Below are positions 1 through 9,998 of a stretch of 64,000 nt of DNA, piece after piece. The notes under the pieces are model-generated. The model was not told the DNA's origin. It saw nothing but the letters and a program-made list of their open reading frames with translations, and searched no databases. Source of the stretch: Halobacteriota archaeon (GTDB taxonomy: Archaea > Halobacteriota > Bog-38 > Methanoflorentales > Methanoflorentaceae); assembly GCA_050013755.1 (NCBI GenBank), contig JBEKER010000006.1, positions 872-64,871 of the forward strand, written 5' to 3'. A program made the translations under genes and the position numbers. Every line of letters begins with the position of its first letter. Within the stretch, counting starts at the first letter, position 1.

Positions 1-1323
1 ATCCGCGATCGCTTCTTTTGACTCTGAAGTGAATGGAACGTTCGTTGACGCGACGTGTGTGAGAATGACGACTGGGCCTTGGGGAATGCCGCTCCCTCCT
101 GGTTGCAGCAGTTCATAGTTCCTCCAGTTGATCTTCTCTACGGCGTGCGTGCTCGCGCATCCACCTTGTTGATATAACAAGGGAACCCGGTTCGCGAATC
201 GCAGGAGGTCCGTCTTCTCTTCCTTTGGTAAACTCCCTCCGTACGCAATGCCCGCTTCCACGATGAATGGGTTGCCTGTGTGCACAGAGGCGTCCCGCGT
301 AGTCGTCGCGATAAAATCAACGTCGTATTCTTTTTCCAGCCCCTTTCTGATCAGCTCTTCCGTTATGGGGGAAAGGCACTCCGTCGAAGGCGCGATGATT
401 TTGACGGTCTTGAAAGCTTCAAGCAGGCGCTTTGCTTGATCGCGTGAAAGGTCACTGGGATTTACGTCGGGATCGACTCCAGCTTTTGCGCATATCTCTT
501 TCGCGGTTTTGTGTCCGATACGGGCAAACTCGTTTGTCAGGAATGAGGTCAGTCGTCTTCTCTCCGTGTACCGCAGCATCTTGATTAGCGTGCCGAGTTC
601 AATGCCTTCAGGGTGCGGTAGTATTTCACATGGTTCGACCGGCAAGACTTCGGTCACACGCTCAAATACTTGCGTGTCTCCTGTTGGTTCAATCAACGTC
701 AGTCTGGCGTGAGGATTGACTATTGCAGTCGATTTTGCATAGCCATATATCGATTGTTTGCGGGCGCGGACGTATGTACCTTCCATCTCGACTTCAATTC
801 TGGTTCCGTGTGGCCTGTCCCACGGCACAATTTTCTCCATTAATATCTCGGGTTCGTTCGTTTTCGTGTTGATGACAAGCTCGTAGTAATGGGCTTCCTT
901 GTTCTTTCCCGTTTTGGAGTATACTGCCGTAGGCCGTCCAGATGTCAGTTGCGCATACAATACGACCGCCGAGATTCCTATGCCTTGCTGCCCTCTGCTC
1001 TGTTTCAGCGCGTGAAATCGAGAGCCGTAAAGGAGCTTTCCGAAAACTCGCGGTATCTGCTCTTTCACGATGCCAGGGCCGTTATCTTCTACTACAACGC
1101 GATAGTTGTCTTTGTCTACCTTGTGAATCTCAATAAGAATATCAGGAAGTACGCCGCTCTCTTCGCAGGCATCGAGTGCGTTATCGACCGCTTCCTTGAC
1201 ACTTGTTATGAGGCTTCGCGTCGATGAGTCGAAACCGAGGATATGACGGTTTTTCTCAAAGAATTCTGCTATGCTAATCTCGCGTTGTTTCTCGGCAAGC
1301 TTCTCGGCAATGTTTTCAGCCAT
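1..1323 (-). CDS. top6B: DNA topoisomerase VI subunit B (N-terminal 441 codons; ORF runs off the left edge)
   Basis: The ORF has no stop inside the window, so it is absent from the ORF track. My translation from the ATG at 1323 (GGGAG about 8 nt upstream) gives [32 protein letters not shown]...VVEDNGPGI...LLYGSRFH...[10 protein letters not shown]. This is the GHKL/Bergerat ATPase N-terminus typical of Top6B. Confidence 0.9.
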   Translation of the reverse strand, partial: MAENIAEKLAEKQREISIAEFFEKNRHILGFDSSTRSLITSVKEAVDNALDACEESGVLPDILIEIHKVDKDNYRVVVEDNGPGIVKEQIPRVFGKLLYGSRFHALKQSRGQQGIGISAVVLYAQLTSGRPTAVYSKTGKNKEAHYYELVINTKTNEPEILMEKIVPWDRPHGTRIEVEMEGTYVRARKQSIYGYAKSTAIVNPHARLTLIEPTGDTQVFERVTEVLPVEPCEILPHPEGIELGTLIKMLRYTERRRLTSFLTNEFARIGHKTAKEICAKAGVDPDVNPSDLSRDQAKRLLEAFKTVKIIAPSTECLSPITEELIRKGLEKEYDVDFIATTTRDASVHTGNPFIVEAGIAYGGSLPKEEKTDLLRFANRVPLLYQQGGCASTHAVEKINWRNYELLQPGGSGIPQGPVVILTHVASTNVPFTSESKEAIAD

Positions 1324-1338
1324 CTGGTGTTCTCCCAA

Positions 1339-1578
1339 TTACAGTTCAGCGCCAACGATCGTGTGAGTTGTAGTGACTCCTTTGATATCTCGTATGTTAT
1401 CAACCGAATTATTCAGTGCTGTCAGTCCTTCGACTTCGATGATGACCACAAAGTCATATTCTCCAAAAACATGATATACTTCTCGTATACCACCTAACTC
1501 CAAAAGCGTTCGGTAAACATATCGTTCTTCACCCGGAACGACGTTGACCATTGTAACTCCGACAACCACGATAATCAC
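1339..1578 (-). CDS. Stand-alone Lrp/AsnC-type ligand-binding (RAM) domain protein
   Basis: The 79-aa product has the pattern VNVVPGEE..V...[19 protein letters not shown]......L...[14 protein letters not shown], typical of the AsnC C-terminal domain. It lies directly upstream of top6B on the same strand (15-nt gap). Confidence 0.6.
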   Translation of the reverse strand: MIIVVVGVTMVNVVPGEERYVYRTLLELGGIREVYHVFGEYDFVVIIEVEGLTALNNSVDNIRDIKGVTTTHTIVGAEL

Positions 1579-1861
1579 CTACTGTATAAAAGCGAAAAGC
1601 GTATTTAGAAATTGCGATAGCTCATTACAAGTTTCTCGACAAAGGCTCGAATCTCGGCAGGTTACAGCTAAGTCGCTGCCTCTTGGAGTTAATTTTAGTG
1701 CATCGCCAGTCTCTCGGTTGTCTCCTCCGGTCCGTGAACTAAATTGCATGACGTTGTTCGACACAAAGGATACTGTAATGAGGTCCAGCTTCGCAGAGAA
1801 AACAAGCCCCCACGCAGAAATTAGTTAAATAGAAATACGTCAAAACTATACTAAAAAAGAA

Positions 1862-1944
1862 GCGGAGGTAGCCAAGTGGTCAACGGCGGTGGGCTCAAGA
1901 TCCACTCTCAAAGGAGTTCGCGGGTTCGAATCCCTCCCTCCGCA
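1862..1944 (+). tRNA. tRNA-Leu (anticodon CAA)
   Basis: The acceptor stem is GCGGAGG/CCTCCGC with discriminator A. The anticodon arm is GTGGG-CTCAAGA-TCCAC. There is a long variable arm (class II) and a T-loop GGGTTCGAATCCC, with one C-U mismatch in the T stem. No CCA is encoded. Confidence 0.85.
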
Positions 1945-1969
1945 TCGTGAACCGCCATCGTCCTCGTTC

Positions 1970-1974
1970 TTTTT
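1970..1974 (+). terminator. Oligo-T tract downstream of tRNA-Leu (candidate archaeal terminator)
   Basis: A T5 run lies 26 nt after the tRNA 3' end. Archaeal RNAP terminates at oligo-T. The call rests on this motif only. Confidence 0.35.
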
Positions 1975-2271
1975 GCGAGTTTAGTCTGCCGCGCGGCCAG
2001 TGACGTTATTCGGTCTAAGGCACTGCTTGTTCTTGGAGAAAGGTGTAGGCACAGGAAGTGCTACAGGCTTCGCGGGGTATATCTATAATAGTGGGAAGGT
2101 CAATTACACTTGTGCCAATGATGTACATCGACTTCCGAGCGTCAAAGACGCAATGATGATCCCTATGAGTTCTGAGGCACTAGATGAGCAACTGGCGGAA
2201 CCGCAGAAAAACGGCTTTTTTACTTTGTGGTTTGATCGGGAGAAAAACATCCACTGAGTGTTAGTGATTGC

Positions 2272-2718
2272 GTGTCACTCATGAAAAAGAAAATCGTGGG
2301 CATAGCTCGTGACGCATTGAAGTTTGTCCTTGAAGTGAGCGCGTCCTCGCACCCAAAAGAATTCGCTGGGATGTTATACGAGACGGACGGGATTATCACA
2401 GACGTAGACGTTCCTATTACCCAGTCTTCAAACGTAAGCGCTGTCATGAATCTGTTTATGCTACCTGTCAACCCACATATTGTGGGATCAGTGCACAGCC
2501 ACCCGTCAGGAGCGCTCCAGCCCTCGGATGCAGATATTCGCCTGTTTATGCAAAGCGGTGACTACCATATTATTGTCGGCTACCCTTATGATAGTGCGAG
2601 TTGGACTTGCTACGATAGAATCGGCGACAGGAGGGAACTTGACGTGCTAGACGTTGAAATTGAAGAGAGCGCCGTGTATAGAGATATACAGGAAACCTTC
2701 GGTGGCGAAAATGATTAG
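2272..2718 (+). CDS. JAB/MPN (JAMM) domain metalloprotease
   Basis: It contains E..G.L motifs and the JAMM metal motif HSHPSGALQPSDAD (H-x-H-x7-S-x2-D). The start may be the ATG at 2281. The 3' end overlaps ribL by 8 nt (ATGATTAG). Confidence 0.75.
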   Translation: MSLMKKKIVGIARDALKFVLEVSASSHPKEFAGMLYETDGIITDVDVPITQSSNVSAVMNLFMLPVNPHIVGSVHSHPSGALQPSDADIRLFMQSGDYHIIVGYPYDSASWTCYDRIGDRRELDVLDVEIEESAVYRDIQETFGGEND

Positions 2719-3136
2719 AGTACTCGCTACAGGCACATTTGATATTTTGCATCCAGGTCATATCTTGTATCTAACGAAAGCTAAGGAGCTCGGCGATGAA
2801 TTATTTGTAATCGTGTCCCGCGATACCATGGTCCAGCATAAGTCAAAACCAGTAATCCCCGAACGGCAACGGCTGCGAGTGGTGAGGGCCTTGAGGGTCG
2901 TCGATCACGCTGAACTTGGGAGCGAGCACGACATATTCGAGCCCTTGATGACAATGAAACCAGACATCGTCGCTCTTGGCTTCGATCAGTACTTTGACGA
3001 GGAGAAACTCAAAGAAGATCTTGAACAAAGGCACATCCCCTCCAAAGTCATTCGGCTGCCGTTTCAAGACACCGGAGAGCTATCAGGCACTGAAAACATC
3101 ATTAACGAGATCATTAAGCGTCGGGTGAAGTGCTAA
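2711..3136 (+). CDS. ribL: FAD synthase (archaeal FMN adenylyltransferase, cytidylyltransferase fold)
   Basis: MIRVLATGTFDILHPGHILYLTKAKELGDELFVIVSRD carries the (T/H)xGH nucleotidyltransferase motif. Size and sequence resemble archaeal RibL. I chose the internal ATG at 2711 rather than the track start at 2654. Confidence 0.8.
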   Translation: MIRVLATGTFDILHPGHILYLTKAKELGDELFVIVSRDTMVQHKSKPVIPERQRLRVVRALRVVDHAELGSEHDIFEPLMTMKPDIVALGFDQYFDEEKLKEDLEQRHIPSKVIRLPFQDTGELSGTENIINEIIKRRVKC

Positions 3137-4290
3137 GCGTGTGCCAGTGATGCTTCTATCCTGTCGACGCCATCCTCTATGTTTTGACGGCTCGTGGCGT
3201 AAGACAAACGCACGTAACCCTCGCCGTTCGGTCCGAAAGCTGAGCCAGGCGTTACCGCGACAAGAGCATCCCGTAACAGTTTTTCAGTCACCTCAACAGA
3301 ATTGCCGAACTGCGAGACCTTTGCGAACGCATAAAATGCACCTCTTGGGGGTGCGCATTCTATCCCCATTTTGCGTAGTCCGTCGATCATAATGTCTCGC
3401 CGCTTCTTGAATTCTACCACCATCGCACGCACCGCGCCTTGGTCACCTCTTAGCGCCTCAACGCCAGCTCTTTGAACAAAAGACGTGGCGTTGCTTACTG
3501 AGTGTTGTTGGATCTTGAGCATGCCTTGAAGGATGGGTGCTGGCGCAGTTGCATAACCGAGCCTCCACCCCGTCATAGCATAGGCCTTTGAAAATCCGTT
3601 TATCGTGATTGTCCTGTCAGGTATTAGGCTACCTATGCTGTGATGCTTAGCCCCATAAATGATCTTTTCATAGACTTCGTCTGACAGCACAAAGACACCG
3701 TGGTCTTCGGCCGCCTCAGCTGCGGCCTTGATCACATTTTTGCCGTAAACAGCTCCGGTAGGGTTGCACGGGCTGTTTAGAATTAGGAGCTTAGTATTTC
3801 TCGTCATGTGACTCTGCAAGTCAACTGGCACGTAGCCTTCCTGTTCTGAAACAGGGAACATGACGGGCTTCCCACCGGCGAACCTCACAATTGCTCCGTA
3901 GGAAACCCAAGCAGGGTCAAGCAATAAAACCTCATCTCCTTCGTCGATGAGCGTGCAGATCGCTTCAAATACCGCTTGTTTGGCGCCCGGTGTTACGAGT
4001 ACTTCGGCTGGACTGACGTCGAGGTTGTTATCATTTTTCAATTTCTCTGCTATCGCTTCTCGAAGTTCGGAAATTCCGCTGCCTTGCGTATAGTGCGTCT
4101 CACCACGATCGAGAGCTGTTTTTGCTGCCCTTTTTATGTTTTCCGGGGTTTCGAAATCGGGTTCACCGAGACTGAAACTAATAATATCTTGACCCTCACT
4201 TCTGAGCTTGGCTGCGATGTCCGCAATCTTCATCGTTGCGGACTCAGGTATGTGCCCGACTCTTGAGGAAATGACCGGATTTGGCTTCAT
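3133..4290 (-). CDS. Class I/II PLP-dependent aminotransferase (aspartate aminotransferase-like)
   Basis: The 385-aa product has NPCNPTG and the SKAYAMTGWRLGY lysine motif. Its start overlaps the ribH stop (ATGA). Confidence 0.85.
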   Translation of the reverse strand: MKPNPVISSRVGHIPESATMKIADIAAKLRSEGQDIISFSLGEPDFETPENIKRAAKTALDRGETHYTQGSGISELREAIAEKLKNDNNLDVSPAEVLVTPGAKQAVFEAICTLIDEGDEVLLLDPAWVSYGAIVRFAGGKPVMFPVSEQEGYVPVDLQSHMTRNTKLLILNSPCNPTGAVYGKNVIKAAAEAAEDHGVFVLSDEVYEKIIYGAKHHSIGSLIPDRTITINGFSKAYAMTGWRLGYATAPAPILQGMLKIQQHSVSNATSFVQRAGVEALRGDQGAVRAMVVEFKKRRDIMIDGLRKMGIECAPPRGAFYAFAKVSQFGNSVEVTEKLLRDALVAVTPGSAFGPNGEGYVRLSYATSRQNIEDGVDRIEASLAHA

Positions 4291-4712
4291 CAGAGTCTTT
4301 TAAAAAGCTTTACAGCGGCTTCTACAGCTCTTTTTGCATAGTCGACGCGTTCGTGTGCTTCAAGACGGGACATTCTTGGACCCGATATTCCCAAAGTGAT
4401 CGGCTTGTTGTACTCAAGGGCTAGATCGGTAATCTTTCGCGTCGCGTGCTGTGCGACGATTTCGTCGTGCGCCGTCGCTCCTTCAATCACGCAGCCGATT
4501 GTCACCACCGCATCTACCTGGTCGTCTGTGGCCAAACTTTTGACTGCCAAGGGCATATCAAAAACTCCAGGAACTAAAATGGTTTTCACGACATCAGCGC
4601 CTAAGAATGCTGCATGTTCTTTAGCAAGAATCTCCATCGGGTACGTTATGTCCCGATTAAATTCAGCCACGACGAATCCAAGCCTTACACGCACTTCATT
4701 TTTCTGTTCCAT
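4290..4712 (-). CDS. ribH: 6,7-dimethyl-8-ribityllumazine synthase
   Basis: The 140-aa product has RLGFVVAEFN...VPGVFDMPLA...VVTIGCVIEGATAHDE, typical of lumazine synthase. Confidence 0.9.
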   Translation of the reverse strand: MEQKNEVRVRLGFVVAEFNRDITYPMEILAKEHAAFLGADVVKTILVPGVFDMPLAVKSLATDDQVDAVVTIGCVIEGATAHDEIVAQHATRKITDLALEYNKPITLGISGPRMSRLEAHERVDYAKRAVEAAVKLFKRL

Positions 4713-4734
4713 GATAATACTCCTGAGCAGCGCT

Positions 4735-5223
<489 letters not shown>

Positions 5224-5226
5224 TTA

Positions 5227-6375
5227 TCACAATCGCTCAAGCACGCGATCTGCCGCGAGCGATCCTGCCCCCATCTCGTCAACGATGCCGCTCTCCAGCA
5301 ATATTAGCTCGAGCTTCTCTATAACTTGCAGTATGTCGCCCTTGCTGAGATTCCCCATGTTGCCTATTCGGAAGATATGGCCTTTGAGCCGTTCTTGGCC
5401 GCCAGCGATGATGATGCCTCGGCGGTTCATCTCCTCCTTGAGTGCCGCAAATTCAATTTCAGGAGGCACATTGATTGCCGTAACCGTATTCGAGTACGCG
5501 CTTGAAGGGCCGAGCTCTGGAAATAGCTCCAAGCCCATAGCCTGAACGGCTGTGCGAATCGATGTGGCATAAATGCTATACCGATCGATGCGTGCCTCAA
5601 GTCCCTCAACTTCCAACAGTTTAAGCGCCTCTTCAAGCGCGAAGAACAGCGGCACGGCGGGCGTATAGGGTGTCTGCCCTTTTTCGGCTGCTTTCCTGTG
5701 TGCGAGAAGGTCGGCGTAGTAAGGTCTTTTCTCCGCGGTTTTGATGACGTCCCACGCCCGATCAGTTACTGAGACCATCGAAAGGCCTGGCGGCAAGCCG
5801 AGGCATTTCTGAGAGCCCGTGAACGCTATGTCGACACCCCATCTGTCTATTGGGGCTTGAATGCCGCCGATGGATGATACCCCATCCATAATCAGCAGAG
5901 CGTCTTGCTTTCGACAGAGAGCGCCTATCTGTTGAACGTCATTCGTCATGCCTGTGGAGGTTTCATTATGGACAAGGGTGACCACATCTGCCCCAGTTTC
6001 GAGTGCCTGTTTGACTTGTTCGACTTCGATTGACGTCCCCCAATCAGCAATAACCGCCGTTGAGCTGCCGTAAAGTGCAGTCAGCAATTTCAGTCGTTCT
6101 CCGAACTTGCCGTTTTCGAGCGCAATGTATTTTTTGTCCGTGCCGAGGTTTCCGACAGCTGCTTCCATGGCACACGTCCCAGACCCATTAAGGATTAGGA
6201 TATCGTTTTCTGTATTGAAAACGCTGCGGAGTTTTTCTCGACTCTCGTCCAAGAGCCTCCTGAACTCAGGCCCCCGGTGATTGATCATCGGTTTTGACAT
6301 AGCACGCAGCACTTGAGGCGCTACCGGAACGGGGCCGGGGAGCATTATCAGCGCGGTCTCAGTCGTATTGTCCAT
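5227..6375 (-). CDS. Class V PLP aminotransferase (serine-pyruvate / phosphoserine aminotransferase-like)
   Basis: The 382-aa product has LPGPVPV...HRGPEF...GSGTCAMEAA...TGSQKCLG (lysine motif). Confidence 0.8.
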   Translation of the reverse strand: MDNTTETALIMLPGPVPVAPQVLRAMSKPMINHRGPEFRRLLDESREKLRSVFNTENDILILNGSGTCAMEAAVGNLGTDKKYIALENGKFGERLKLLTALYGSSTAVIADWGTSIEVEQVKQALETGADVVTLVHNETSTGMTNDVQQIGALCRKQDALLIMDGVSSIGGIQAPIDRWGVDIAFTGSQKCLGLPPGLSMVSVTDRAWDVIKTAEKRPYYADLLAHRKAAEKGQTPYTPAVPLFFALEEALKLLEVEGLEARIDRYSIYATSIRTAVQAMGLELFPELGPSSAYSNTVTAINVPPEIEFAALKEEMNRRGIIIAGGQERLKGHIFRIGNMGNLSKGDILQVIEKLELILLESGIVDEMGAGSLAADRVLERL

Positions 6376-6864
6376 AAATGCGTCTCTCCTTCACGTTATG
6401 TGCGCAAACAGCAATCGGTCTTCGTATTAAATCGCAGCACTCTGTATTTAGAGTTTTTTCGTACTACTCTCAGCGTTGTTGCTAACTCACGGTCTTGCTC
6501 TCTTGCGGCGGCGAGCTCGATGGCCTTGCTAGGGATTTACCCTTACTCGTTTAAGTGTGCTCCAGAAGGCTCTTCTGGCCTAGAGTAATGAGGGCTGAAC
6601 GACAACAATGCATTTGTTTGTGTCCCGCATAAGCCAGAGCGTTGCCCTTGTCTTCGGGATGATAAGCGATGCGAGCGCAACAACGTCACTTGCCTACGCA
6701 TATTGAAAGAAGAGAAAGCTAGGGTTCAAGGATCACTGGAAACCGCCTTAGATATAGTCAAAAAGAACGTTATGATCAGAAAGATGCGACTTTTTTAGAT
6801 ATCACGCCTTAATGCACCCGCATTCCTCCGCCTCCTGGGTTTTTAGTTCATCGGGGCACACCAT

Positions 6865-7404
6865 TTACACCTGCTCGGCCTCACTGACGGGTAGGGCTCC
6901 TAAATATCGTGGCGCGGCTCGCGGCTCAATGGTTTTGTTCTGCGATGTGCGTACGCGCGGGTGTATCACCATGACGCACGTGCGGACGTTCCGCATTACC
7001 TCGGTCACCGTGCTACCCACGAGCAGTCTCGACGCTGAGAAAGAGTGTCCAGCTCCGAGCATGACGATATCGTATTGTCCTTCACGCACCTCGTCCAGAA
7101 TCTCTTCGGCGGTCTGTCCCTCCCTCACAACCGCGCGGACGGCGAGACCCTGTTCTCGCATGTGCGCGCATAAAGGGCCGAGAAAGAGCCGTCTCGCGGC
7201 TTTTTTCTCTGAGTCAATGTCTCCAACGAGCGCTTCGATCCGCTCCAAATCTTCCCGAAATATGCGCTTGTAACTCTCGTAGATGCCGCGCTCAGTGAGC
7301 ACGTACAGCAGCGTGTAATCGATATCGAGTCGGAGCGCGTTTACTGCGCATTTCACGCCCTCCATCACTGAGGGCGATCCATCAAAACAGACCAGGACTT
7401 TCAT
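6865..7404 (-). CDS. Universal stress protein (UspA family)
   Basis: MKVLVCFDGSP...DIVMLGAGH....LLVGSTVTEVMRNVRTCVMVI is the Usp ATP-binding fold pattern. The ATG at 7404 has GGTGG upstream. Confidence 0.75.
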   Translation of the reverse strand: MKVLVCFDGSPSVMEGVKCAVNALRLDIDYTLLYVLTERGIYESYKRIFREDLERIEALVGDIDSEKKAARRLFLGPLCAHMREQGLAVRAVVREGQTAEEILDEVREGQYDIVMLGAGHSFSASRLLVGSTVTEVMRNVRTCVMVIHPRVRTSQNKTIEPRAAPRYLGALPVSEAEQV

Positions 7405-7420
7405 GTTTACCACCACCGAT

Positions 7421-8786
7421 TCAATAGAATCTCACCACGTATTTGACGTAGAGCAGGAGATCACACAGTACGAGCGCCGCCACGGTCGGCGGGAGCGCTA
7501 TTTTTATCCATCGCACCCATCCCATGCGCACCCCGTGCGTCTCTAGTGAGCTGTACGCGACAACGTTCGACGAGGCGCCGATGGGTGTGAGATTGCCCCC
7601 GATGTTTGTGCCCAGCGATACCGCCCAGACCATCAGGGCCGTGGCGAGAAGTGACGGAATGAGCGCCAGGTCTCGGATAACGTAGCTCATCATCACGGCG
7701 AAGGGGACGTTGTCGATCAGCCCGCTTATGAGGGCCGACCCGAAAAGCAGCAGCGAGAGCAGTACGGTGTTGTTCCCCATGGACGCACCTACCCAGCCGG
7801 TTGCAAACACGCCGATGATCCCGGTCTTTTCAAGTGCGCCAACTAACACAAAGAGACCGATAAAGAACAGGAGTAGTTCGTAATCGACCTTCTTGAGGGT
7901 GTCCTCGACACCTCCTCTGCCGACGAGGAGCAAGACAAAGGCGGGAATGAGGGCGGCGAGGGCGACGGTCAACGGGATGGCGAATGCCGTTTCGAGATAA
8001 CCCCCGCTGACGAGGAGTACCACTGCAGCGATGAGGGCGGCGAGGCCGAGACGGAGCATCCGTTTGCTGACGATGGCACTCTCAGGAGCGATTCTCGAGA
8101 GCGCACGCGTGTCAACCTTCGCAGAAGGCGCCAGCGCCCTCCGCTGCGTAAGATAGAGCACCCCCACTGCTAAAAGGGCGGCAGCAAGCGCGATGGGACC
8201 GTCATTCCTCAGAAACTCGTTAAAGCCAAACCCCAGTTGGGTCCCGAGGATGAGATTGGGGGGGCCGCCGATGAGGGTTGATGCCCCCCCCGATGTTGGC
8301 AACAACGACCTCCGCGACGACGAGGGGCACCGGGTCGATCTTCACGAGCCGCGCGATCTCGATCGTAATCGCCGCAAGAAAGAGCATGACCGTAATGCTG
8401 TTGACGAACGACGCCAGCAGCCCTGCCAAGAGAGGAAACACGATCAACATGGCGCGAGGGTTGTAATTCAGCCTCTTTGCAAGGATAAATGCCATGTATG
8501 AAAAGAACCCCGCATCTGACAGCACTACGAGGATGATGAACATCCCAAACAACAGGCCGATGGTCTCCCAGTTGACGTAGTTAATAGCCTCAGCGAGGGT
8601 GAGGACGCCCGTGATGAGCAACACTAGACTCCCCGCGCCTACGACGACCGTCCTGTTGATTTTTTCTGTGGCTAACGTTCCGTACGCCACAAGAAAGGTC
8701 ACAAGAGCGATAGCGGTGGATGGTTCCACAGGAGTTCTCCCGCACACAGCCACGACGTTCCGTGCTGCGCGTGCTTTGATAATCAT
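7421..8786 (-). pseudogene. ArsB/NhaD-superfamily permease split by a +1 frameshift in a G8 homopolymer
   Basis: ORFs 8220..8813 and 7421..8305 are the N- and C-terminal halves of one multi-TM permease. The upstream frame reads ...VVANIGGGINPHRR. Removing one G from the run at 8284-8291 (C8 on the + strand) gives ...VVANIGGASTLIGGPPNLILGTQ, which joins seamlessly to the second ORF. Confidence 0.8.
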
Positions 8787-9566
8787 AGGGCGCAAGTCGC
8801 GCCACTCACCCACTATTCCGGTTAGATATGATAAATCATTACGCCTCGGTCAGGGGCGGGTTGTTTCAAAAGCCGTAACCGCTGAGAAGGAGTCGGTCGA
8901 TGGTATTACAGTTTTTTTTTCAAAATGTCGGGCCAGGCATCGCATACGATGTAGATTTTGAAGTTATCAAGGATTCTGAGGCAGGCGATTTTTGGTAGAC
9001 AACCAGAAACCGTCGAGTTGGCACTCGCAAAAAAAATCCTATGAAGACACTTGCACGAGGCCAAAAATACCCTTCGCGGTTATGAAATTTCATCAAGAGC
9101 TTTTCTAAAGAAACTATTGAGGTCTGAAGTTGCTCAGGATGTGCGGATTAGACGCAGCTGAGGCTAAAGGTTCCCGCTATAAAGCACCATATTCTAGTCT
9201 ACCGGACAGCTTATTCACTGTATCGCCGTGTGAATACGGAGGATTCAGCGCTTGAGGGGGCGTTTTCGCGTCTTTCCAGGCTGCTTTCTGACGCTGTGTC
9301 GCATAAGAGACAACGACAAGGAAGGCAAGCGCAACCACGATGGTCCGATTTGTTCGCTCAGAAGCCAATAGGGCTAGCTAATTATGAAGAAAGAAAGAGC
9401 TATGGCGAGACTCGGATCCATTTCGTCCCTTCTCTTACATCACGCGACTATTAAAAAGCTGCCACGCGTTGGTTATACGCTCATGACAAAAAAACGAGCG
9501 GCTTTCGCGTACGTGCTCTGCCCCGGTTCAGAAAGAGTTTTACAGTCCTAGGACAAGTACACCGCG

Positions 9567-9974
9567 ATGAATAACCCCGATGTGGCAATACTGGTGGGTT
9601 CCACCTCTGATATGTACGTCGCAGATAAAGCAATAGAGATACTCGAGGACGCGGGCGTTGCGTATGATCTGGAGGTTATCTCCGCGCATCGAGAGCCAAC
9701 GCGCCTCGATGAATATCTTAGAAAAGCTCATGCTAAGGTTTATATTGCTATCGCAGGCCTTTCTGCAGCTCTTCCAGGCATTATCGCTTCAAAGACGACC
9801 GCCCCAGTGATCGGCGTCCCTGTAAGTACTAAGCTCAGCGGTCTGGATGCGCTGCTCTCCATAGTGCAAATGCCAGCGGGAGTTCCAGTGGCGTCGGTCG
9901 GAATAGATGGCGGGAAAAACGCTGCGCTGTTCGCTCTGAGAATTCTGCAAGCAAATAGCAGCGCGAAAGAATAA
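9567..9974 (+). CDS. purE: N5-carboxyaminoimidazole ribonucleotide mutase / AIR carboxylase catalytic subunit
   Basis: [13 protein letters not shown]...VISAHREP...[18 protein letters not shown]...[18 protein letters not shown] matches PurE family motifs. Confidence 0.85.
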   Translation: MNNPDVAILVGSTSDMYVADKAIEILEDAGVAYDLEVISAHREPTRLDEYLRKAHAKVYIAIAGLSAALPGIIASKTTAPVIGVPVSTKLSGLDALLSIVQMPAGVPVASVGIDGGKNAALFALRILQANSSAKE

Positions 9975-9998
9975 GCCGCACTTCGCAACGACACCGAA

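Noticed and set aside
2152-2207. A candidate box C/D sRNA has AATGATGA (C), a 12-nt spacer, CTGA (D'), TAGATGA (C'-like), then CAGA.
   Set aside because: The first half has canonical spacing. The second guide would be 16 nt, the terminal box is CAGA rather than CUGA, and the flanks cannot form a terminal stem. The region also lies inside a possible 85-codon ORF. The evidence is insufficient without expression data.
2711-2718. The 8-nt overlap between the JAB/MPN gene and ribL might indicate a functional fusion or novel coupling.
   Set aside because: Short ATGA-type overlaps are common throughout this window (ribH/aspC, rbkR/ribB, PRTase/mtnP, uppS/mobA). They indicate only translational coupling. 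I know of no functional link between JAMM proteases and FAD synthesis.
6700-6745. The T-loop-like string GGTTCAAGGATC suggests a second tRNA.
   Set aside because: No complementary T stem, acceptor stem or anticodon arm can be drawn around it.
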